In this document: positions 30,087 through 40,069 of the stretch, in pieces
Numbering within the stretch: position 1 is the first letter of the stretch
How the letters are laid out: each line of letters opens with the position of its first letter
Sequence record: SRR20825006_493
Strand: one strand, 5' to 3'
Length of the DNA: 43,474 bases
Translations under genes and position numbers: made by a program
Notes under the pieces: model-generated
Seen by the model: the letters and a program-made list of their open reading frames with translations, nothing else
What the model was told of the DNA's origin: nothing
Database searches by the model: none

Positions 30087-33000
30087 ATGATAAAAAAGTT
30101 TTTACTATTTCTAATTGCATCTATTTTATTTTCTTGCAATAAGGAAGAGAAACTTTTTACGTTTATAAATCCTTCAAAAACTACCATTAATTTTAATAAC
30201 CAATTAACAAATACACCAGATCTTAACATTCTTAACTACCTCTATTTTTACAATGGCGCTGGGGTTGCAACTGGAGATTTTAATAACGATGGTTGGCTTG
30301 ACCTTTATTTTACAGCCAATCAAACTAATGATAAACTGTATCTCAATAAACAAAATTTTCAATTTGAAGATATTACAGAACTAGCGAGAATTGATAATGC
30401 AAAAAATTGGACAACCGGTGTTACAACGGTAGACATAAATAACGATGGATGGCTAGATATTTACATTTCTAAAGTAGGGGAACTCTCCAATAAAAGTCAT
30501 AATCTCCTATACATTAATCAAGGGGTTGATAAAAATGGCGTTCCAACTTTTAAAGAGGAAGCTAAAAAATACGGCTTGGCAATTTCTTCTTATGCAACTC
30601 AGACAACTTTCTTTGATTATGATTTGGATGGCGATTTAGATATGTACTTACTTAACCATTCGGTGCATCCAAACAGAACGTATGGAAGTGGCAAAAAAAG
30701 AAATACGGTGGACTCTTTATCGGGAGACAGGCTTTACAGAAACGAAAATGGATTTTATAAAGACGTTTCTAAAGAAGCTGGTATTTACCAAGGAAGTATA
30801 GGTTACGGGCTGGGCATTTCTATTTCAGATATAAATAATGACGGTTATCCAGATATATATGTGGGGAATGATTTTTTTGAAAACGATTATTTATATCTCA
30901 ATCAAAAAAATGGAACTTTTAAAGATTTGATTGCTGAAGATGAAACAAAATTAGGGCATACGAGTCATTTTTCCATGGGAAATGATATTGCCGATATCAA
31001 TAATGATGGAAATGCGGATATTATTTCTGTAGATATGCTTCCAGAAGAATTGAAGAGTTTTAAAACCTCTGGAACCGAATATAATTTCCAAACTTATAGC
31101 GGATATCTTAAAAATGGATATGCACCTCAATTTATGCAAAATGCGCTTCATCTAAATAATGGGAATGAAAATTTCACAGAAACTGCCTATGCAAGCGGAT
31201 TATCAGCTACAGAATGGTCTTGGGCTCCACTTATTGCCGATTTTGATAATGATGGAAATAAAGACGTTTATATTACCAATGGAATTATAGGAGCTACTAA
31301 CGATATGGATTTTATCAGTTTTATAGCAAATGAAAATATCCAAAAACGACTTAGTAAAGGCATGGAAAAAGAAGACATGGCTTTTATAAATGAAATTCCA
31401 AAAAAGCATGTTCCTAATTATTTCTTTAAGAATAACGGAAATCAAACTTTTAAAAACGCAACCAAGGATTGGCTTTCCGAAACCCCTTCTTATAGTAATG
31501 GTGGCGTGTATGCCGATTTAGATAATGATGGCGATTTAGACCTTGTGGTAAACAATACCAACGAAAAAGCCTTTATTATAAAAAACAACACGAAAGAACA
31601 TTTTGACACTAGAAATTATTTGAAAATTAAATTTAAAGGATCTGATAAAAACACATTTGGAATTGGAGCCAAAGCAACTGTTTATTCAGATTCTTTAAAA
31701 CTATCAGCAGAAAATTTCAATACAAGAGGATTTATGTCGGCAGTAGCTCCAGAACTTCACTTTGGATTAGGAACACATTCAGAAATAGATTCAATACGTA
31801 TTATATGGGCGGATGGAAAGTCGGAAAAAATAACGCATCCTAAAGTAAACGTTACTATTACGGCCTCTCATAAAAATGCACAAGAGAATTATTCCTACAA
31901 ATCAACAAACACAAATTCTTATTTAAAAAATGTAAGTGCACCGCTTACATTCAAACATAAAGATTTTACTTCTATTGAATTTAATAGAGATCCTCTTGTT
32001 CCTTTTGCAAATACCAATCAAGGTCCTAAAACTACTATTGCAGATATTAATAACGATGGTTTAGATGATGTTTTTATTGGAGGAGCTAAAACACAAAGTT
32101 CTACTTTGCTTTTGCAAACAAAAGATGGCTCTTTTGAAGAAGTTCAAAAAAATATTTTTGAAGAAAATGCCATCAATGAAGATGTTGACAATTTATTTTT
32201 TGATGCCGATAATGACGGCGATAAAGACTTAATTGTTGTAAGTGGAGGAAACGAATTTATTACTGGAAACCCTCTTTCTCCTAGACTCTATTTTAATCAA
32301 AATGGATTGATGATGAAAGACACACTTCAGTTTAAAAATATTTTTATAAATGCCTCAACTGTTAACGCAGTTGATATTGATAATGACAACGATTTAGATA
32401 TCTGTATTACCTCCAACGGTATTCCAAGAGCGTTCGGAAAAACACCAAAGCAATATATTTTTCAAAATGATGGAAATGGAAGCTTTAAAGATATCTCCTC
32501 CTCCTATGCAAAAGCTTTTCAAAATATAGGAAATGTTCAAGATGCTATTTGGATTGATATTAATAAAGACAATTTCTTAGATCTTATAACGGTTGGACAC
32601 TGGATGCCGATTTCTATTTTTATTAATGATGGAAAACAACTAAAACTTCAAAAAAATAATCTTGGAGAGAGCAATGGTTGGTGGAATACTTTAGAGGTAG
32701 CCGATTTTGATAAAGACGGAGACTTGGATCTAATTGCTGGAAATTGGGGACTTAATACTCGCCTAAAAGCTTCAAAAGAAGAACCTATTACACTATATAG
32801 TAACGATTTTGACGATAACGGAAACATTGAACCTATAGTTACTTATTTCTATAAAGGGGAAGAAACTACCTTTTCTTCAAAAGACGAAATTGTAAAGCAA
32901 ATCCCAATGTTAAATAAAAAATTCCTCTCCTATACCGATTTTGCAAACGCTTCTTTTTCTGAATTGTTTCCAGAGGAAAAACTAGAAGCAGCGTATAAAA

Positions 33001-33383
33001 AAACAGTTTTTGAACTCGCCTCTTGCTATTTTGAAAACGATGGAAATGGAAATTACACCAAACATATTTTACCATTTATGGCGCAGAGTTCTGCTATTTT
33101 CGATCTTCAAAAAGATGATTTTAATAATGATGGATATGAAGATATTTTACTAGTTGGAAACAATTATGAAATAAGCACACAATTAGGAAGATTAGACGCT
33201 TTACACGGCTTGTTATTAATAAACAACAAAAATGGTTTTTTTAAGGTTTTAGAAAATCCAACGTTTGACATTCCAGGGCCTGCAAGGAACATCAACAAAA
33301 TAAATATACAAGACAAAACTTATTATATAGTTACTATAAATAATGGTAATCCGATTTTTTTAGAAAAGATAATAACTCCATGA
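30087..33383 (+). CDS. FG-GAP/VCBS-repeat + ASPIC/UnbV-domain lipoprotein (CRTAC1-like), paralog 1
   Basis: Lipobox LFSC; many D(F/I/Y)(N/D)xDGxxD repeats in two blocks separated by NYLKIKFKG..GIGAK..RGFMS..LHFGLG..IDSIRIIWADG. Confidence 0.9.
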   Translation: MIKKFLLFLIASILFSCNKEEKLFTFINPSKTTINFNNQLTNTPDLNILNYLYFYNGAGVATGDFNNDGWLDLYFTANQTNDKLYLNKQNFQFEDITELARIDNAKNWTTGVTTVDINNDGWLDIYISKVGELSNKSHNLLYINQGVDKNGVPTFKEEAKKYGLAISSYATQTTFFDYDLDGDLDMYLLNHSVHPNRTYGSGKKRNTVDSLSGDRLYRNENGFYKDVSKEAGIYQGSIGYGLGISISDINNDGYPDIYVGNDFFENDYLYLNQKNGTFKDLIAEDETKLGHTSHFSMGNDIADINNDGNADIISVDMLPEELKSFKTSGTEYNFQTYSGYLKNGYAPQFMQNALHLNNGNENFTETAYASGLSATEWSWAPLIADFDNDGNKDVYITNGIIGATNDMDFISFIANENIQKRLSKGMEKEDMAFINEIPKKHVPNYFFKNNGNQTFKNATKDWLSETPSYSNGGVYADLDNDGDLDLVVNNTNEKAFIIKNNTKEHFDTRNYLKIKFKGSDKNTFGIGAKATVYSDSLKLSAENFNTRGFMSAVAPELHFGLGTHSEIDSIRIIWADGKSEKITHPKVNVTITASHKNAQENYSYKSTNTNSYLKNVSAPLTFKHKDFTSIEFNRDPLVPFANTNQGPKTTIADINNDGLDDVFIGGAKTQSSTLLLQTKDGSFEEVQKNIFEENAINEDVDNLFFDADNDGDKDLIVVSGGNEFITGNPLSPRLYFNQNGLMMKDTLQFKNIFINASTVNAVDIDNDNDLDICITSNGIPRAFGKTPKQYIFQNDGNGSFKDISSSYAKAFQNIGNVQDAIWIDINKDNFLDLITVGHWMPISIFINDGKQLKLQKNNLGESNGWWNTLEVADFDKDGDLDLIAGNWGLNTRLKASKEEPITLYSNDFDDNGNIEPIVTYFYKGEETTFSSKDEIVKQIPMLNKKFLSYTDFANASFSELFPEEKLEAAYKKTVFELASCYFENDGNGNYTKHILPFMAQSSAIFDLQKDDFNNDGYEDILLVGNNYEISTQLGRLDALHGLLLINNKNGFFKVLENPTFDIPGPARNINKINIQDKTYYIVTINNGNPIFLEKIITP

Positions 33384-36300
33384 AAAAGATAATTTTTACA
33401 TACTGCATTTTTAGTTTATTTATTTCTTGTAACTCCAAGAATAAAAATAAAGAGCGTATTGAACCTGATAAAGAAACGCTGTTTACACTTGTATCTCATG
33501 AAGAAAGCGGTATTGATTTTATAAATGAAATTGAAAACCAGAAGGATTTTAACATCTTTAAATACCGAAACTTTTACAATGGCGGAGGTGTTGCCATTGG
33601 AGATATTAATAACGATAATCTCCCCGATATCTACTTAACAGCTAACATGGGGAAAAACAAACTTTTTCTTAATAAAGGAGATTTTAAATTTGAAGATATT
33701 ACAGACAAAGCAGGTGTAGGTGGTGATAAACCTTGGTCTACTGGAGTTACTATGGTGGATATAAATAGCGATGGATTATTGGATATTTATGTTGCAAATG
33801 CTGGAAACATGGAAGGAAACAACCATGATAATGACCTCTACATTAATAATGGCGACTTAACTTTTACTGAGAAAGCAAACGATTATAATTTAGCAAGAAG
33901 CGGCTTTACCACCCATGCTGCTTTTTTTGACTACGATAAAGATGGCGACCTTGATGCGTATATCTTAAATAATAGTAATATTCCAGTAAGTAGTCTCGGG
34001 TACGCTGCACAAAGAAAAGTAAGGGCTCAAGATTGGGAAGGAGTCCCTGATATTTTTAAAGGCGTTGGAGATATGCTTCTTAGAAATGACGACGGAAAAT
34101 TTGTAGATGTAAGTGAGGAAGCTGGTATTTATGGAAGTCTTATTGGTTTTGGTTTAGGTGTTATGGTTAGTGATATTAATCAAGATTCTTATCCTGATAT
34201 TTATGTCTCTAACGATTTTTATGAACGAGATTATCTATATATCAACAATCAAGATGGTACTTTTAGGGAAGAAATAAAAAACTGGACTTCTCATTTAAGT
34301 CTTTCTTCCATGGGAGTGGATATGTCGGATATTAATAACGACGGACTTGCAGATATTTTTATTACCGATATGCTCCCAGAAGGAGATGAGCGAACAAAAA
34401 CTGTAACCGAATTTGAGGGATATGATATTTTTAAACTGAAACAAAGTAAAGATTTCTCTCAACAATTCATGCAAAACACCCTACAGGTAAATAATGGAAA
34501 TGAAACTTTTTCCGAAACCGCTTATTTCAGTGGTATTGCAAAAACAGATTGGAGTTGGGGTGGTGTATTATTTGACATGGATAACGATGGATATCGAGAT
34601 ATTTATGTAGCAAACGGAATTAATCATGACTTAACAGATATCGATTTTGTAAACTTCTTTGCTAATGAAATCATCCAAAAAATGGCGTTAACTGGCAAAA
34701 AACAAGCTATCGATTCAATTATCGACAAAATGCCTGTTAAACCAGTACCCAATTATGCTTTTAAAAACAATCAAGATTTAACTTTTAAAGACGACACAAA
34801 AGAATGGGGACTCTACCGCCCGAGTATGTCAAACGGAGTGGCGTATGGAGATTTGGATAATGATGGAGATTTAGACCTCATTGTTAATAATGTAAATATG
34901 CAGGCTTTTGTATATAAAAACAACAGTGATAAACTCACAAACAACAACTTCATAAGACTCAAATTAGTTGGTGAGAGTCCGAATGTTTTTGCTATCGGAG
35001 CAACTGTAAAAATGTACATAAAAGGAAAAACACAACTTTATGAACAAATTCCTTACAGAGGTTTTCAATCTTCTATGGACTATATCATGACGATTGGAAT
35101 TGGAAATGCTGAAAAAATAGATTCTATAAGAGTTATATGGCCAAATAATACAACTAAGAAATTGGAGCTTGTAGATGCAAACCAAACACTTACTCTAAAA
35201 CAAGCAGAGGCAGTCGATATTTATAAAATTCCGAAGAAAAAAGAACTCAAAACTTTCTTTACAGAAATAGAAAATAATGTTGTTGAACCTCATAAAGAAA
35301 ATAATTTTGTAGACTTTGATTATGAAGGATTAATTTCTAAAATGACCTCACAAGAAGGCCCTGCTGTGGCAAGTGGCGATATAAATGGAGATGGTAATGA
35401 AGATTTGTATGTTGGTGGAGCAAAAAATCAATTAGGAAACTTATACCTCAATTTAGGAAACGGAAAACTTCGTAAAGCAGGACAAAAAGTATTTGAAGAG
35501 GATAGTTTTTTAGAAGATACCTATGCCTCTTTCTTTGATGTAGATGGAGATGGCGATCTTGATTTAATGATAGGATCTGGTGGAAATGAAGAAAGAGATG
35601 CTACTAATTACAAAGCACGACTGTATCTAAATGACGGAAAAGGTAAGTTTACAAAAGACAAAAATACACTCCCTTCTACTTTTCATAATATTTCTGTAAT
35701 TGCTCCCTACGATTTTGACAATGATAATGACATTGATGTATTTATTGGGTCTAGAAGTGTTCCAGGAACTTATGGCGTAAATCCGAAGCATTTATTTTTA
35801 GAAAATCAAGGAGATGGCACTTTTAAAGATGTAACAGAGAGTAAAGCATACGACCTAAAAGATGCAGGTATGATTACCAATGCTAAATGGGTTGATATTG
35901 ATGGAGATGCTATAAAAGATTTAATTCTAGTTGGCGATTGGTTAGCTCCAAAGATTTTGAAAAATTCTGGTCGAAGATTAACGCTAGAAAAATCTAATTT
36001 AGATAATTACAGCGGTTGGTGGAACACCATAGAAAATGTAGATCTTGATAAAGATGGCGACCAAGATTTAATCCTTGGAAATCAAGGATCCAATATTGCA
36101 TATAAAGCCACAAAAGATGCTCCAATGCGAATGTTTATAAACGATTACGACAATAATGGTACTATAGAGCAGATTGTAACACATTCTATTAATGGAAAAG
36201 ATATGCCTATTCATATGAAGAAAGAATTAACAGCACAATTATCATCATTAAAAAAGCAAAATCTAAAGGCTTCTGAGTATTCTAAAAAATCCATTCAAGA

Positions 36301-36724
36301 GTTATTTTCAAAAGAAATTTTTGATCGCTCCATTAAAAAAGAGGTAAATATTACAGAATCTGTTGTTGCTATAAATAATGGAAATGGAAACTTTACAGTT
36401 AAAAAACTTCCAAACCAAGTACAACTTTCTTGTGTTTGTGATATCAGTACTACAGATCTTAATGGGGATGGAAATCTAGACCTTATTATGGCGGGGAATA
36501 ATTATGAATTTAAACCTCAGTTTTCAAGGTTAGATGCCAATTATGGAAGTGTCCTTCTAGGCAATGGAAAAGGCGATTTTGAATGGCAAGATTATAATAA
36601 ATCTGGCTTTTTTGTAAAAGGAGAAGTAAAAAAAATAGAGCAATTTAAAGATGCTGCTGGTAATTCATTCCTTTTTGTTGCAATTAATAATGAACAACCC
36701 AAAATTTTCAAAATCAATGAATAG
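33380..36724 (+). CDS. FG-GAP/VCBS-repeat + ASPIC/UnbV-domain lipoprotein, paralog 2
   Basis: Lipobox FISC; same architecture (..AIGATV..RGFQSS..IGIG..IDSIRVIWPN); ATGA overlap with paralog 1. Confidence 0.9.
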   Translation: MKKIIFTYCIFSLFISCNSKNKNKERIEPDKETLFTLVSHEESGIDFINEIENQKDFNIFKYRNFYNGGGVAIGDINNDNLPDIYLTANMGKNKLFLNKGDFKFEDITDKAGVGGDKPWSTGVTMVDINSDGLLDIYVANAGNMEGNNHDNDLYINNGDLTFTEKANDYNLARSGFTTHAAFFDYDKDGDLDAYILNNSNIPVSSLGYAAQRKVRAQDWEGVPDIFKGVGDMLLRNDDGKFVDVSEEAGIYGSLIGFGLGVMVSDINQDSYPDIYVSNDFYERDYLYINNQDGTFREEIKNWTSHLSLSSMGVDMSDINNDGLADIFITDMLPEGDERTKTVTEFEGYDIFKLKQSKDFSQQFMQNTLQVNNGNETFSETAYFSGIAKTDWSWGGVLFDMDNDGYRDIYVANGINHDLTDIDFVNFFANEIIQKMALTGKKQAIDSIIDKMPVKPVPNYAFKNNQDLTFKDDTKEWGLYRPSMSNGVAYGDLDNDGDLDLIVNNVNMQAFVYKNNSDKLTNNNFIRLKLVGESPNVFAIGATVKMYIKGKTQLYEQIPYRGFQSSMDYIMTIGIGNAEKIDSIRVIWPNNTTKKLELVDANQTLTLKQAEAVDIYKIPKKKELKTFFTEIENNVVEPHKENNFVDFDYEGLISKMTSQEGPAVASGDINGDGNEDLYVGGAKNQLGNLYLNLGNGKLRKAGQKVFEEDSFLEDTYASFFDVDGDGDLDLMIGSGGNEERDATNYKARLYLNDGKGKFTKDKNTLPSTFHNISVIAPYDFDNDNDIDVFIGSRSVPGTYGVNPKHLFLENQGDGTFKDVTESKAYDLKDAGMITNAKWVDIDGDAIKDLILVGDWLAPKILKNSGRRLTLEKSNLDNYSGWWNTIENVDLDKDGDQDLILGNQGSNIAYKATKDAPMRMFINDYDNNGTIEQIVTHSINGKDMPIHMKKELTAQLSSLKKQNLKASEYSKKSIQELFSKEIFDRSIKKEVNITESVVAINNGNGNFTVKKLPNQVQLSCVCDISTTDLNGDGNLDLIMAGNNYEFKPQFSRLDANYGSVLLGNGKGDFEWQDYNKSGFFVKGEVKKIEQFKDAAGNSFLFVAINNEQPKIFKINE

Positions 36725-39700
36725 GTGCTATCTGTACATAGTAACGATTTTTATAATTGCTTCTTGTAAAAAAGAAGGCGAGTTGTTTATGAATCCTTCT
36801 GAAAAAGAAACGGGTATTAATTTTACAAATACACTCACCGAAACAAACGATTTAAACATCCTAGATTACCTATATTTTTATAACGGCGGTGGTGTTGCGG
36901 TTGGAGATATTAACAATGATAATTTACCCGATATTTTCTTCTCTGGAAACCAAGTAAAGAACAAACTTTATCTCAATAAAGGTAATTTAAAATTTAAAGA
37001 CATTTCGGTTGCTGCTGGTGTGGAAGGAAACAGCACGTGGAATACCGGAGCCGTTATGGGCGATGTTAATGGCGATGGTTTTTTAGACATTTATGTGTGT
37101 GCAGTAGTGGGAATTAATGGATTTAGAGGCTATAATGAACTGTACATAAATAATGGCGACACTACTTTTACTGAAAGTGCTAAAGAATATGGTTTAGACT
37201 TTGAATCTTATAGCTCCTCTGCAGCGTTTCTAGATTACGATTTGGATGGCGATTTAGATATTTATTTATTGAATCATGCTGTTCATACTCAAGAATCTTT
37301 TGGTAAAGCAGCGCTTAGAAATCAAAGAAATTATGAAACAGGCGATAAATTATTGAGAAACGACAACGGAAAATTTACCGATGTAAGTGAGCAAGCCAAT
37401 ATCTTTGGCGGTGTAAATGGATATGGATTAGGAATTGCTATCTCCGATTTTAATCAAGATGGCTATCCAGATATTTATGTTGGAAACGACTTTCATGAAG
37501 ACGACTATTATTATCTTAATAATGGTGATGGTACTTTTACTGAAAGCTTAAAAAAACATTTTGGGCATACAAGTCGGTTTTCTATGGGAAATGATGTTGC
37601 AGATATTAATCACGATGGTCTCCCAGATATTTTGTCTTTAGATATGCTCCCAGAAGATGAAGCTGTTTTAAAATCTTCAGCAGGGGATGAAAATGTGCAA
37701 ATGTTACAAATGCGTACCGAAAAACTAGGATACCATTATCAATATACTAGGAATATGCTTCAGTTAAATAATCAAGACGGAAATTATACTGAGACAGCTT
37801 TGATGAGCGGGATTGCGGCAACCGATTGGAGTTGGAGTGCCCTTTTTGCTGATTATAATGAGGATGGAGAGCAGGATCTTTTTATAGCTAACGGAATTCC
37901 AAAACGCCCTAACAACTTAGATTTTATAAAGTTTACCTCTAATGAACAGATTCGTAAAAAACTAGATAACACAAAACTTGTAGACCAAAAAGCATTGGAA
38001 TTAATGCCTTCTGGAGTCTACCATAATTATATTTTTGAAGGGAAAAAAGAAACTCAGTTTTCAGACCAATCTGGGAAATGGATTATAAAAGACAGCTTAA
38101 TTTCTGGCGCAACTGCCATGGCAGATTTTGATAATGATGGCGATATTGATTTAGTAACAAATAACATCAATCAACCAGCAACGCTTTATATCAATAAATC
38201 AACAAACAAAAGAAACTATTTAAAACTGAAGTTCAATTACACAAAACCAAATAGCCTTGCCATAGGAACCAAAGTTTTTGCCTACCAAAAAGGAGTTTTA
38301 CAATTTCGTGAATTATATACCGTTCGTGGATTTCAAGCTTCTTCGGAGCCTTTTATCCACTTCGGGTTTCCTACAAATTCTAAAATAGATTCGTTGGTTA
38401 TTGTATGGCCAGATAAAACATATCAAACCTTAAAAAATATTAATCCGAATCAAACAGTAACAATTTCAGCTGAAAAAAATAGAAATCAATTTGCCTACAA
38501 CTCTCTAAAGAACAAACAACAACCCCTTTTTACAAAAGTAGAAGGAAATTTAGGAATTAACTACAAGCACAAAGAAGATGATTATATAGATTTTCTAAGA
38601 CAAAAATTAATTCCTTATCAAATTTCCGATCGTGGACCTGCAACCGCAATTGGCGATTTAAATGGGGATGGGAAAGATGATATTTTTTTCGGAAGCTCAA
38701 AGTTTAAACGTTCACAAGTATATTTTCAAAATGATACTGGTTTTATAGAACAAACAGATAATTTTATAAAAAATGATTCTATTAACGAAACTGTGGTTGC
38801 CTTAATTTTAGATTTTAATAAGGATGGTAAGAATGATATTTTTACAGGCAATGCTGGCGGTGATTTCTACGGGGAATCTAAGCCCTTAAATGATGTGGTG
38901 TATTATAAAAAAGACAGTTTATTTATTAAAAGTATCCTCGAAAATGAGTTTGAAAACACCTCTGTAATTAAACCTTTTGATTTTGATACCGATGGAGATC
39001 TAGATGTTTTTGTAGGTAGTAATACTGTTTCTTACGACTTTGGAGCCATTCCAAACTCTTTTATTCTAAAAAATGAAAATGGGAAATTTGAGGCTCTTAA
39101 AAATTTAGAATTGCAAAAAGCAGGAATGGTTACCGATGCTATTTGGACGGACTTTACCAATGATGGCACAAAAGATTTAATTGTGGTAGGAGAATGGATG
39201 TCGCCAAAATTCTTCAGCAATCTAAATGGTAATTTTAAAGAAGTATTTCCTTCCGAAGAAAAACTAAACGGGCTTTGGAGAAGTATTACTGAATTTGATA
39301 TGGATGGTGATGGTGACAATGATTACCTATTAGGAAATTGGGGAACTAATTCTAAATTTAAGGCTTCCAAGGAATACCCAATGCGGATGTATTATGCCGA
39401 TTTTGATAACAACAAACGCACAGAAACAATTTTGGCGACCGAAAAAGATGGAGCTTACTATACCGTAGCAAATTTTGATGAACTTTCAGAACAATTAGTT
39501 TCTATAATGCGAAAAAAGTTTACTGACTATAAATCTTTTGCAGGAAAAAATATAGAAGAAGTTTTTGGTGAGAAATTACTTAACAATGCTACCCTCTTAG
39601 AAGTTCACACCTTGACATCTGGTTGGCTAGAGAATGAAAATGGAAAATTTAAATTTCATGCTTTCGAAAGTAAATTACAAACGGCTCCCATTACTAATTT

Positions 39701-39983
39701 TTTAAAACACGACTTTAATAATGACGGAAAAGAAGAAGTTTTAGCTGCTGGAAATTATTTTGGAGTAAAACCGTATCATGGAAAATTTGATGCTTTTCCT
39801 GGGGCACTCATAAGCAACAAAAAGAATATTCAGCTAACCTCAAATATTGGATTGGATTTATCAAACAAAGCTATTACACAGTTAAATACTATTAGAATTA
39901 ACAATCAAAATTACCTTTTGGTAACAGTAAATAATAACGGTGCAGAACTGTACCAAATCAAAAATCTCGGGGGAAATCCATGA
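36717..39983 (+). CDS. FG-GAP/VCBS-repeat + ASPIC/UnbV-domain lipoprotein, paralog 3
   Basis: Start at 36717 (MNRCYLYIVTIFIIASC lipoprotein signal; ORF track 36651) overlaps the paralog 2 stop by 8 nt; ..AIGTKV..RGFQAS..IHFGF..IDSLVIVWPD. Confidence 0.9.
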   Translation: MNRCYLYIVTIFIIASCKKEGELFMNPSEKETGINFTNTLTETNDLNILDYLYFYNGGGVAVGDINNDNLPDIFFSGNQVKNKLYLNKGNLKFKDISVAAGVEGNSTWNTGAVMGDVNGDGFLDIYVCAVVGINGFRGYNELYINNGDTTFTESAKEYGLDFESYSSSAAFLDYDLDGDLDIYLLNHAVHTQESFGKAALRNQRNYETGDKLLRNDNGKFTDVSEQANIFGGVNGYGLGIAISDFNQDGYPDIYVGNDFHEDDYYYLNNGDGTFTESLKKHFGHTSRFSMGNDVADINHDGLPDILSLDMLPEDEAVLKSSAGDENVQMLQMRTEKLGYHYQYTRNMLQLNNQDGNYTETALMSGIAATDWSWSALFADYNEDGEQDLFIANGIPKRPNNLDFIKFTSNEQIRKKLDNTKLVDQKALELMPSGVYHNYIFEGKKETQFSDQSGKWIIKDSLISGATAMADFDNDGDIDLVTNNINQPATLYINKSTNKRNYLKLKFNYTKPNSLAIGTKVFAYQKGVLQFRELYTVRGFQASSEPFIHFGFPTNSKIDSLVIVWPDKTYQTLKNINPNQTVTISAEKNRNQFAYNSLKNKQQPLFTKVEGNLGINYKHKEDDYIDFLRQKLIPYQISDRGPATAIGDLNGDGKDDIFFGSSKFKRSQVYFQNDTGFIEQTDNFIKNDSINETVVALILDFNKDGKNDIFTGNAGGDFYGESKPLNDVVYYKKDSLFIKSILENEFENTSVIKPFDFDTDGDLDVFVGSNTVSYDFGAIPNSFILKNENGKFEALKNLELQKAGMVTDAIWTDFTNDGTKDLIVVGEWMSPKFFSNLNGNFKEVFPSEEKLNGLWRSITEFDMDGDGDNDYLLGNWGTNSKFKASKEYPMRMYYADFDNNKRTETILATEKDGAYYTVANFDELSEQLVSIMRKKFTDYKSFAGKNIEEVFGEKLLNNATLLEVHTLTSGWLENENGKFKFHAFESKLQTAPITNFLKHDFNNDGKEEVLAAGNYFGVKPYHGKFDAFPGALISNKKNIQLTSNIGLDLSNKAITQLNTIRINNQNYLLVTVNNNGAELYQIKNLGGNP

Positions 39984-40050
39984 GGTTTTCAAACAAAATA
40001 ACCTTAACTCATTTCGACAAAAAGCGTCGAGGAACTAAACCCTCTGTGAG
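39966..40050 (+). repeat. Dispersed REP/MITE-like repeat, degenerate two-part copy
   Basis: CTCGGGGGAAATCCATGAGG resembles 30042-30063 CCTTGGGATAAACCCACGAAGG; second half matches the reverse complement of 29571-29608. Confidence 0.55.
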
Positions 40051-40069
40051 AAATTAAAAAACAATTAAA

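Noticed and set aside
36651-36716. Longer N-terminus for paralog 3 (similarly the upstream starts at 2977, 5001, 9200, 14972 and 19850)
   Set aside because: Downstream ATGs give proper signal or lipoprotein peptides or an HTH start, and avoid long overlaps or promoter elements
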